From the NCBI RefSeq assembly GCF_964355755.1, contig NC_092670.1, positions 5,260,201 through 5,324,200 on the forward strand: DNA of 64,000 nucleotides. Reading direction: 5' to 3'. This document shows positions 13,921 through 25,500 of the stretch, in pieces (the stretch's first letter is position 1; each line of letters opens with the position of its first letter). The position numbers were made by a program, and so were the translations under genes. The notes under the pieces were generated by a model. The model worked only from the letters and a program-made list of their open reading frames with translations, was not told the DNA's origin and did no database searches. The stretch comes from Antedon mediterranea. Taxonomy: Eukaryota > Animalia > Echinodermata.

Positions 13921-16900
13921 ATAACGTAATTATAGCCTAATTATGAGTGAAGAAATAAGTGAACAAAATACAATGAACAAAAATTTAAAATAATGATGAA
14001 CAGCAAAGAACAATCAATGTTTTCAAAGTTTATATCATCAAACAAAAAGAATTCAAGATTATGGGGTAGTCAAATGGTGTACAGATGTTTACCTAAGTAA
14101 TAATTATTTTGCATGGAGCATGAAAATATATTTAAAGCATTGTTATAGTAGTCTTAAATAATCTGACAGTGACACCCATAGTATTAAGAGGTAAATTTCG
14201 TAGTGATATAATGTCGACAATACATCTACACTGTATAGAAATACCAGAATTGTTGAAGTAAGCCAACTTTGAAATGAGCTAGAAAGCAAACAAAAAATAA
14301 TATATCTCCAATTTTTTTATATTATGTAAATATCATGTAGGAGATAATTTTCACAAAATTTCATCTAAAAAAAATTTGTCCCACAAGGTCAAATCCTAGG
14401 TCAAATGGAATAGAATAAGTTATACATCTTTTAAATAGTTCTATCTCAAAAGTAAATGGAAGATTTGGATAGCTTTAACAATTAGCTTTCCAAAGATACC
14501 CGTCACAACAAAATCGGTCCACACGTTACGGAGATACGGTCATTTAAGTATAGCCCGCCGCGTCGATTTTGCGCAAAATCGCGAAGAAACGACGGCGCGT
14601 AGCGCGCGAACCGTTGATCGTAGGGCGCTCAAATTAAAAATTTCAGGTTTTTTAGCTAAAAATAACCCAAAAACCAAATTTGAGCAAATTTGAAGAAAGT
14701 AGGGTTTAACCCATTGGGTGATTTGACATGGAATGACCCTTTCCCTGTATGGTGAATGCTAAATGGTTATATTTGGCTAATGAATTATTATATTATAATG
14801 AATCATTATTTTGTAAAGACAAGGAAAGTAACTGTTTTGAACAATTGTTTTAATAGCCAGTGTGTTGTACTGTACTGTAATGCTGTATGCTTTATGTGTC
14901 CCAGGTTCAAGTCTTGCTCAAAAGTTGTTTTAAATTATTTTTAAATTATAGGTTTGTTTTGTTTTACAAGGTTGAACCCCACTGTGCTAAAAATGACATC
15001 AATCATAAATGGACACTTGTTTACTTCAATTTAGAGAGTGTTTTGTAATACCATGGAGGAAAAAAATAAAAATAAATACATTTTTTCCTCCATGGTAATA
15101 CGGTAGTTAGAGCCACCTGAAAGTGTTTTGCTATATTATATCATTGTATGTATATGTTATATTACTGTAGCAAAATATGGATTTAAAAATATAATTCCCC
15201 TGGGATATCAAATCTTATATTTCACCTAAAAGCAGGCAATATCTGTAATTAGCACCCACCTCCCAAAATTATGTCTATTTTATCAGGAAAATATTCATTA
15301 AACTGGTAAAGCAATAATCATATCATAGCGCCCTCTATAAAACTAAAAATGAATTACCGTATAACATTCTGGTAATACAGGAAATACTGTTCATTTGGGT
15401 ATTTGTTGTAACATGATGTTTACTTGCCAAACCTTTATTACCATCCATTTGTAACTAATTTACGATTTCATTATAGAAAGTTGTCTTTTGGTTTTAAACA
15501 TGACCACCTACAGTATGTCAAGTCACTACCATCATTGTGCATTTTATTTGAAGATGCACTACCAGTATTTATTTTACACCATAAAGAAACCAAAACGGAA
15601 GCTTACAAATTTGAATAAACATTTGCGGCGCAGTCATACATTATCAACAACTTCCTAAAATACTAGGAGGCATAAAAATAATAATATTGTTAGTTAAACC
15701 TCCCCTACTATTTCCTTGTGTAATTATCCAGATGTAAATGCAAAAAATTTTATTATCTAACATACAGTACTCTAAAAGAAATTATTAGTAGAGAATTAGT
15801 TGTTGCCATCAACCTGAATCTGTGTTCCATAGTCAGTGCTTAATTGTACATTCAGTCACTCCTTCAGGAGTAGTAGAACTTGACCAGACCGTGATGTTGA
15901 CTGTATAATGAATGATTTCATCTTTCTGCTTTGCAAACATATATAAAACCATAAAGTAAGAATGAAATTGAGCACTAGATACTATCTAGTGTGTATCCTC
16001 TCATATGTTACTCTAATTAAGGACCTGTTTCGTTTAAAAAATCACAAAAGAACGGTTTTCTTCCAATCCATTTTTTTAAAGCAGGTCACAATACAGGCTC
16101 TTAATTTTTATTAGTAAAAAAAAAACAGTTAAATCTCACTTCATGATCTGGTCGGAAGTTGGTTATATGATAACATCATTATTATGTTAGTCAAATGTTC
16201 AACATTCAGTGGCGTTCTGAGATGCAGCTAAAAATCTCGGCTCTACTGAAATGGTTCTTAGATACAGTAGACCGGAATCTATTGGAATTTATTGTTGTTG
16301 TTTTTTTTTTATTGTGAAATTCAATGACATTCATGCAATACTACAGTATAATAATAATAAAGTAAAGTTTTGATAGTGAAAATGTCCATAAGGATATAAA
16401 ATAACATGATTTCCTTTATTATTAATAATACACAATAGCAGTTATTGTTTAGTTTCACTTTTATTATTATTTGTTCTTTACTAATATTTCTTTCAATTTA
16501 ATTTTTTTTAAAACTTTTTGGGTCATAAAATCAAGGATTTTATATTTCCTTTTTCTTTGACATTTTTACAAAACCTGGATTAGATTGTTTGTATAATAAT
16601 ACTGTAGCCGGTATTAGGTTCTAGAGAGTGATTCGGCTTATTGTGAAACCATTTTGTCGCATAAGAACTACACTGTATACTGAAACACAGGAATAAAATG
16701 TATGTACTGTAGAAGGAATGGAATATTATCAGAGATTAATTTACTTTCGAGTGACCTATCTCTTTTTCTTTTATGTTATTTAAATAAGCATCTTGAATTG
16801 GAACATGGATTGCGCTATTTATGGCCAAAGTATTAAACAAGGAATTTTTTATTGTATTTTTTTAGATTTAAATACCAATTATACAAACATTTTTTAAAGT

Positions 16901-19036
16901 ATTGTTCAAGTTGTATTAATTATCTATTTATGATTTTGTTGAATTTGACCCAATATTTGACTGCAATATTGATTTCGTCATGACATTTCACCATTGTTTA
17001 CAATTACAGTATCAGTGATAATGATCAGAGATAGTTGTGGTTACAATGGTTTTATTTTGTATTCATTGTTTGTTTTTAACTAATCAATATTCTTTCATAT
17101 TCCTGTTTATGAACCATCCTGTATGATATTTTTACAGCAAGGCTATAAACAGTATTGTGTGTAAAGACGTCATCCAAGCCATTTGACTGATTGCTGTCAT
17201 AAGACAAGTTCGCTAATATTCCTGGCCTAGACAATGACAGAGTACCTATTGTTGTTATTAGCACTATTGTACACTTGTTGAAGGATTAACAATTATTTCA
17301 TCAAGGTTATCTCCTATATTTGGAAATTGCCAGTACAATTACAGTAATTTGTAGGACTTTTAACATTTTAACAGTATCACTGTAGGAAGGAAGTGATAAG
17401 ACCTGATTTTTTCAGAAAGTTGTCAGCATTTTTTCACAGGACTACAGTTGAAAAACTATTTTGTTGCACCTTACACAGTACAGCTGCAGTACTACTAGTA
17501 GTAGAGTATTATACAAAAATGGATTTGTTTTTTAATTACTCCAAAGTTTGTGAGATTGTACAGTACCTTCAATTCAACTACAGTTTGAACATTTTTGCTG
17601 TTTTGTAGAACATTTGAATTATAAAATTAAACATTTCGAAAGCGTTTGTCAGCATTAGGAAGTTCTGATTGATATTATTGAAAAATTGTACCTTCAATGG
17701 TAGTAGTATTTCAAATAGATTTTAGACTTTGTAGGAGTTTTTTGAAATTGAAAATTTGGTTTGTGTATCTGAAAATCTACATACAAGTCTGACCTTTTTT
17801 CTAGAGGAATATTAATTTTCAATAGGATTTTTTTTTATTTGCAATCTAACATATTGAAGAGCACTGAGTTACATTTTGCTGTGGTTTGACAATTAGTCAG
17901 AATTTATTCCTGCGGAGTACCTCTATTGTGTTTACGTTGACACTGTTGTAAGTAACATTTTAATTGATATTGCATATTATATTTATAGATAGATGTGCGT
18001 TGACATCTCCTACTGTGTGAATGTCATAGAAAATTGTTTTGCTTGCTGTTGAATGATTCCAACCTTTTATTAATTTTACAAGACAGACAATTTTCCACAA
18101 AGATTTTTTTAAGCTGATATTAAATTTTGTTATCAGATTACATGGTTTAATTTAAATTTTATGGTTTTTACATCGTGACAACAACTAGTAAATTTCACAA
18201 AGGAAATTGATTATCTGTTTGAAATCGGATCTCTTTAAATAAAAAAATTTTCATTTTCTAGAGAAAAAGCAAACAGTATACCGTACATTTAATCATATAG
18301 AAACATCTGTACTGAATTCCATATTCATATCATTTAATATTGTGTGTTTATGAATTTTATTCTCACATCTGTAAATTCTCTTACGAATTTGTTTCTCTGT
18401 GGAGATTGTATAGAGACATTGAGTTGTAGTTTAACTCGCAATTAATGTGCAACTGTTGTCATACCATGTCTGCTAATTATCTTCTTTCAATTTTAATGAG
18501 GTAATTACTATGCAAGATAATTTCAATTTCTCTATTTAAATTCAAACCTTTGCTGTTGAGAATCATTCTTTGTTTAGAAAAAACACTCAGGATTGCATTT
18601 GTTTGGGGTCATCTGGAAAATGTCAGTGAGACATATTTAATAATGGTGTTTAAGAGACTCAGTCTGGTCTTAAATTTAACGATACGCTACTGTAACGTGG
18701 AAAGCTGTTCCATAAGCACAGTGAGATTGGGAAGATAGCTGTAGACCTGCAATGGCAATGTACTACATCTAATAATATATAACTCTCAAATTGTATGCCG
18801 AAAGCTTGTTCCTGCATTCCTGTATACATTTTAAATGTATTAAACTATTAGTTTCAGAGAATTGCTTTTTGTTTCATGTTGAAATACTGCTAACATCATT
18901 GGCTGGAGTGAACAATACTATTTGTTGTTGCAAGTTGATTAACACAACAGAGGATATTTTCCTTGTACTGTTAGAAATAAATCTGCATTGACGTTTTTTT
19001 TTCTCTTGGATTTATTATAAACTACTGACAACAAAC

Positions 19037-19049
19037 ATGAAATTTCTTG
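19037..19049 (+). CDS. TMCC: Candidate alternative first coding exon of TMCC (MKFL, phase 1)
   Basis: caaacATG AAA TTT CTT G|GTAAGT; good start context, consensus donor, phase 1. Confidence 0.5.
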
Positions 19050-20664
19050 GTAAGTTTTTGTTGTATTTTTATACAGTTGATTACTTATACTTATCTAAAA
19101 TAGTTTAGCATGTTGTTAATATTACCATGGTAATACAGAAAACCAGATTGTATCAACATCTTTTGTTTTTTTAAGCTCAGTTCACAAAATCTTTATCATC
19201 ATTTAGTTCTTTTGTTTTTAACCAAAATGTGTGTTAAATTGTGCTCTGCCTAGAGTGTACTGTACATGACCACTTTTTGGCTCCTTTTCACATATATTTT
19301 GTACTATATTGTACTATTTATGTTTGATTTGAATAAAGTTGGTATTAAATTAAATTTTAAATAGTCCAGCCCCTTTTATTGGCATAGGGTCGCCACCATC
19401 TATAGTTCTGGTTGTTACCAAACAGGCTTTATCTCGGATAATATGTGTATGTTCACTGTACAACATTCACTCGTGTGCAAAATAATATCTAGTGTACGTA
19501 CAGTACATGGTAACCCTGGAAATCAGCACCTGTACAATAGACCTTATTGTCGCTAAATATACAGTATCAAAAGTAGCCTCAAATTATAATAGAATACTAC
19601 TGTATGTTCAGTAACTGTAGTTGAAACTGTAGAAAAGGTGAACATCTGGAATAGTGCTGAAAGGATTGTTATTTGCAAATCCAGTGTAAGGGTTAATAGA
19701 CATTGTACTCTGGGGTTTAGACATAAAGTCAATTGTAGTTCAGAACATATAAAATTAGCATTCCATGTTAAACATTTCTGAGTGCTAAGTCTGGCTAAGT
19801 TCAATTTTTATGTTGGCAATTCCTCGGAAGTTCAAAAGTTCATTTCTTTTTATATGTCATTTTTCGAACTATAAAAGATTTATATAGAATGAAAAAAACA
19901 AATGCTTAATTTCTGATCATTAGATTATGTAGGAATAATAATCATTATTAATAGTAGCAGATGTACAGTTTGGCAAATGCTCTACATTTTTATTTGTAAT
20001 TTGTCAGAGATTTAGCCAAGAATGAATTTTAAAATAACTGTTTTACTATATACAGGAATTATTAAGAATTTCTATAGTTACTAGAAGTCATAAAAGAATG
20101 ATTCATGTTTACATTACATTGTACAAATATAATAATTAACTTTTCGAGGATATCAGACAAAAAAATAACTAAAGATGGTTTACTAAAATGCCCTGTTGGG
20201 CCAGCTAGTTTTATCCATTATCATAAAACAGTAAAGTAAAATCTAAATAAACACAGTATATTTTATGGTTGCCCATAATGTCACCTAATAATTTAAAAAG
20301 TTACAGCTACACCACCTTCCTCGCAATTATATTTAGCAAGAATTCCATCAATACCCATGTACGCATTGTGAGTCAAATTGTGCGCATACAAAGAGTTCAG
20401 TTCGTACCCAACAACATACAGTACAGCCTAATGTGACTCATTCTGTCTATTATAGTATCAATTTGTATTTGATTGGCTTATAATTACAAATGTTTAATCT
20501 GTACTATTATGTATCTTGTTGATATGGCAATAATAGCATTATGATTTTACCAATGTGACTCATAAATCTTGATTTGCTACAAACTGTGTGTACTTTGTAC
20601 TTATGGGGGTTTTGATTCCATTTTTTGTTTAAATTATATTGTTTTGTTAATATCACAGTTCTAA

Positions 20665-20732
20665 AGCTGTCTACACTATCAAACTTTATGTGAACAAAAA
20701 ATGTGATGTGCCCATAATGGACATGATGATGT
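20665..20732. mobile_element. Truncated left half of MITE family A
   Basis: AGCTGTCTACACTATCAAACTTTATGTGAACAAAAAATGTGATGTGCCCAT..GGACATGATGATGT matches the 36000 and 37806 copies. Confidence 0.7.
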
Positions 20733-20734
20733 AG

Positions 20735-20810
20735 TGGAAGCTGTAGCTTGGTGGTTAATGCTTGCTTTCTAAGGTTCAGGGTTCAATCCTGACCAAGTGC
20801 CATGACAGAT
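20735..20810 (+). mobile_element. Degenerate tRNA-derived SINE head
   Basis: TAGCTTGGTGGTTAA (A-box-like) and GGTTCAATCC (B-box-like). Confidence 0.5.
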
Positions 20811-20895
20811 TTGTAACTCACAACTCTTTCAGTACCTACCATAAGCTTCAGGAGACTTTAGTTTCTAAGCTACAGATTAGATACATTATAAAATA

Positions 20896-21736
20896 CCGTA
20901 TATTTCGGTGTATAAGTCGCACCTGTGTATAAGACGCACCCCCAACTGAGAGTAAAATATCGGTATTTTTTATATCGTCGATGTATAAGACGCACCTTAT
21001 ATTTCATCAAAACAATGTTTTTTTAAATTGTAATCAATATTATTGTGATAATATATTTTGTTATATCTACAACGGCGTCCTTTATTTAGGTTTTTTCTTA
21101 CCTAGGCTCGGCCGCGCCCAGCCTCAACAAGTTCTTTCTAACTTGTTATTCATGATATCGCCGCAACATCGAGTGCATGACCGTGTGTGTAACACGCACG
21201 TGTGTGGGCTAGCCTCGCTCGATCATTTCGAGAGGGCGCACGTTTTCACGGACAATCGTATTCGATTAGTATCTATGTATCCGAGAAGTGTGTACGCAAG
21301 GTCCATGCTATAATCACCTGGAGAATATACTAGTCGAATACCGCACACCATGTGCCACCAAAAGAAGGGCTTGCGCTTGGGGTACGGCGATCGTGCGTAT
21401 AACTACTGTATAAATAAATACTATTCCAATCGTACGACGTAAACGTTTACAAATGAAATTTTATCGGAGCGCCATAATGAACAAATCTTTTCATCATATT
21501 TAGTATAACATCATGCTAAAATGACTTGAAAACTAGGCAGAAGCAGGTTGCCGTTACGTTAGTTAGTTACTGTAGCTAGGCCTAGCCTACTCAGGCCTAG
21601 CAAACGAGGTGACGATAGCCTAGGCCTATGTACAATCTGTGTGGTGAGGCATTTATGTTCGGTGTATAAGACGCACCCTTAATTTGGAGGTCAAATTTGC
21701 GTGTCAAAAGTGCGACTTATACACCGAAATATACGG
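20896..21736. mobile_element. pogo/Tc2-like MITE (841 bp)
   Basis: TA TSD; perfect 27-bp TIR CCGTATATTTCGGTGTATAAGTCGCAC; internal repeats TGTATAAGACGCACC at about 20926, 20982 and 21663. Confidence 0.9.
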
Positions 21737-22513
21737 TAGTTTATCCATCCTGAAACTAGTGAGTTACTCACTGTTGGATGCATATATGAAAATAAGTAAC
21801 TACAGTAGAGTATTATGGTTTCAATGTATTAAATTGAAAGGTTTCAAAGGATCAACCTCAGCCTACACAATCACTATATATAAATTAATATAGTGTGTTC
21901 TATAAAAACAGACCAAGACTGTCAAAGAGTTGATCTGTACTATACTATAAGGAAAGATATAGTCCTGGAATTGAATTATTAAAATCATTAAATATTTAGT
22001 CAATAAGTGGTTTTCCAGCTCCTAATAAAAATAATAGGTGGTTGACATGATTCAGGACTCTACAAGGATATACTGTACTGTAGGTTACAGTAAATCCTGT
22101 CTGTCAGAAAGGTCACTTTACATGGCTTTTGTACTACAAACATTAAGAATTACCATTTTTTGTATTCAAATTAAAAATTTAAATACACACTGTGTTTGCA
22201 ATTAACTTTAAAACTGTTGATGCTTTTTTTTAAATTTTGCATGTAAATATTTTGTTTTTATTCAAACCATAATCATTGCATGTCAATATGTTATTTACCT
22301 CATACAAAATGCAAATTGTTTGTGTACATTTACCTACTGTATAACCTTACTTCTGCAGAACGGTAAAAATAGTTCATTCTTATATAGCACATAAAGCAAG
22401 CCTCCCAATGCGCTGAACGTTTTGGAGCAAACAATGAACAATGAACAAATTTGCATTTGTCAAAAAAAAAAAATTACGAATTAACAAATGATTTATTTTG
22501 TTTTCATGCGTAG

Positions 22514-25500
22514 AACTGCCACCAGATAAGCGTAGAAGTAGGAGTGCGGAGGATTTGTCACTGAAACCATCATCGCATCTCCATCACCCACCAGATGGAT
22601 CCCGCTCACCGCAACTCTCATCTAGAGTGTCCCATGGTAATTATTCATTCTAGCATTAGTAAGATGGTGTACAGAAAGTAAAGTATTGAAATTAGTTGGT
22701 TGTTTTGTAATAATCCATTTCTATTTTCAGACATGTACCTTTCAACACTGTGTTTATATACAAACCTGTACAGTAGCTTAGTGTTTGTAGGGTCTCAACC
22801 TTTATTTGAAGTGCTTTTCAAACTAGATACCAGCAGCTAAAGTGCTTAATAGGCCTAAAGCTCATGACAACTTGGCAAAAATCCTATCCATAGGTCAATT
22901 TAATCTGCTAGACTAGGCCTAAAACAATTCTACATTATTCTACCCCTTTGGTCTCAAGTTCCTTTGCTTGCATGCCCCTATTGAGGCCTGCATTGTCACA
23001 TGGGTTATAAATTATTGTACTTTACGTCTTTACATTTTGCCCCTTTCAGTACTTTGGGAGGCACCAAGCTACCTCGCCAGTGAATTACCAAATTAATTGG
23101 GCCTTAGAGTGGTTGCTTTTAACCATTTAATGAAATAACATTTAAAAATGATTATTATTAATACAGAAACTGTAAAAAATACTTTTAGGATAAGCCTAAA
23201 GTTTTACTGATTGTTGTGTAGGACCTAAGATTCAATTGGAATGTGTAGTAGTTAAGATATGGTCACTCAGTTCTATTTCAACTTGATGGCAAAGCATTAA
23301 AAAAACAGATTGATGAAATACCTTCATCATCAAACAATGGATTCAAAGTGTGTTTCCACTCCTAATTCCTTCCTACTGTCTTTTTTCTCCAATTTCAGGA
23401 ATTAGAGGTCTGTTTTTGAAGAGGAAGGAACAGACCGACATGAACTCAAACAATAATGTCAACGAGGTCGTTGACACTGTATCTTACGCACCAGATATTC
23501 ACGACCCACCAGAACGCCCGAGTGCATTTAACAAAGTCTTACTACAAATCAAGTCTGGCACTAGGTTGTAAGTTCTCATATTTTCAAATCAATTTTTTAC
23601 TAATTTTTGAAATCGCAGCATAGCATTTGATTTAAAAGGTAAAACGTCCACCCCATTATGTCATTCCATGTTAGAAATACGCAGAAGACACATAAGGCAT
23701 CTTCACTCTTCATGTGTTTCAACTGGTGGGTTGGAATGACAGGTGACCATCTTTCGGATGAGACTTTTCGAAAAGAGAAAGGGACTGTCTCTAATTCACC
23801 ACCAGAAGGACCCCCACCAGAAAAAAGTCTAAGCACTTGGGCTCCTGATTTGGAAATCCTGGATCCGCCACTGTGTAATGATTTCCGGGAATGATTTCTA
23901 TGACAATGTAGGCCTACATAATTTTGATTGCAATACTAGTGTAAAGGGTCATACAGGATTAGAACAGAGAAAGAAATAAACAGGATATTGACTAACTACC
24001 TGAGGTCATCGCGTTACTGTATCGTGAGTTTTATAGAAAGTGCACTAACCATTTAATACGTCAATATTATATGGCTTGCTTCTCACCAACATACACGCAA
24101 TATACAATCACACGCAATAGTTTGGATGAGCCATTGCTTGTATATAAACATTCATGCATTACGTCATATATTTTACTGGGAACTACAGTATTGCATTGTA
24201 AGCCTAAAGTATATTAAACTGTTCACTGTCAATAACCGACTGTACTTAAATCACCTGATTGTATGACCGCAACCAATTTGTTGATCAAAACTACACACTT
24301 ATTCATTCAATCTTTTATTTCGAAATCTCTTGTTCATAGAAAGTAAAAATTACATATAAAATACAGTCTACGTTTTCACTAGCCCATGGATGCCCAATCG
24401 ACTAGCCCAAAGTACTACAGAAATGTTTTTAAAACAGTGCCTTTGTGACGTTATGTTATGACTATGTTACAATTTGTTCATGTGTTTTTGTTAGCACATA
24501 ATAAAACAGTATTATGAAAAAGCTTTTAAGGAAGATTACATCTGTTGCATGTATAAGAAATGATGCTGGCATCCTAAATGTCACAATATTGATTCCCAAC
24601 CTCTTGTAGTAGACATTCTAAAGTTCGGTACATAAATAACAATAACATATTTGAAGAAAAAAAATTATAATGCAACATATTTTAATGTACAGTAAGCTAA
24701 TAAGCTATAATTTGTTATCTTTTGATATGCTCATCACTCAACGTAATCGTGTCTTTGCATGTTTTTTAGAATTTTAGTACATTGTGTATTGACATAAAAT
24801 TAAAAGTGTCATAAAAAATATCGATCAGTTCATATATTGACATTTATTTTCATTGATGTCTAGTTTGATGTCACTAAGTGTTTGTTACAATATAGTGTCT
24901 AAATTTGTGAATTTACATTAAACACAGTACTTTGTGTTCGGGCTTAGAATAAACGCCCTCTCAAATAAACGCCCTCTCAAATAAACGCCCTCCCTTTTGA
25001 ATAAATTCCCTGTGATGTTTTCTTTTCCTCGAGTAAACTCTTAATTTAATTCTGGTTTGAACCAAACCTGTTCTATATTAAATTACTGTATTATTATTAT
25101 TTGTTATTTTTTAAGCGTCTTTCCAAAGATGATTAAAGCACTGTACAGAATAGTTAACAAAATAAACAACATTCAAAATATATTAATGTGCTTACTTTAG
25201 GAAACAAATGAATTTTGAGGTGTTTAAACACAAAAACACTAGGAGTGCTTGATGAATTTCCAAGGGAATGCTATTCCATAGTTTAAGACCATGGATAGAA
25301 AACGCACCGTCCCCAAAAACTTATTTAGTGATAGGGAAATAAAAGGCATACATGTCCATTGATGATCTAAGGCCTAAACGACAAGACCCGTGGGGCAATC
25401 TTAAAATCATTCTTTGTCTTGGTCGGTGGCCAATCCAACTTTCGTAGTAATGGAGATGGAGTGCCCGTCCATTCTAGTGGAGAGAGATGGTAAAACACTC

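Larger units (their letters stand above)
9900..14739. mobile_element. Foldback-type non-autonomous DNA transposon with about 680-bp TIRs (Sola2-like)
   Basis: TTTC|GGGTCATTCCATACCAAATCACCCAA ... TTGGGTGATTTGACATGGAATGACCC|TTTC (4-bp TSD, GGG/CCC termini). Arms 9900-10582 and 14061-14739 are near-identical inverted copies. The inner inverted arms are 12703-13458 and about 13498-14060. Confidence 0.88.

Noticed and set aside
20981-21313. 110-aa ORF inside the pogo-like MITE
   Set aside because: No HTH, CENP-B or DDE motifs; treated as a chance ORF in a non-autonomous element.
23600-23894. Overlapping 78-aa ORFs on both strands
   Set aside because: They coincide with a decayed MITE end (…CCTGGATCCGCCACTG), show no protein similarity and are not needed for the TMCC frame.
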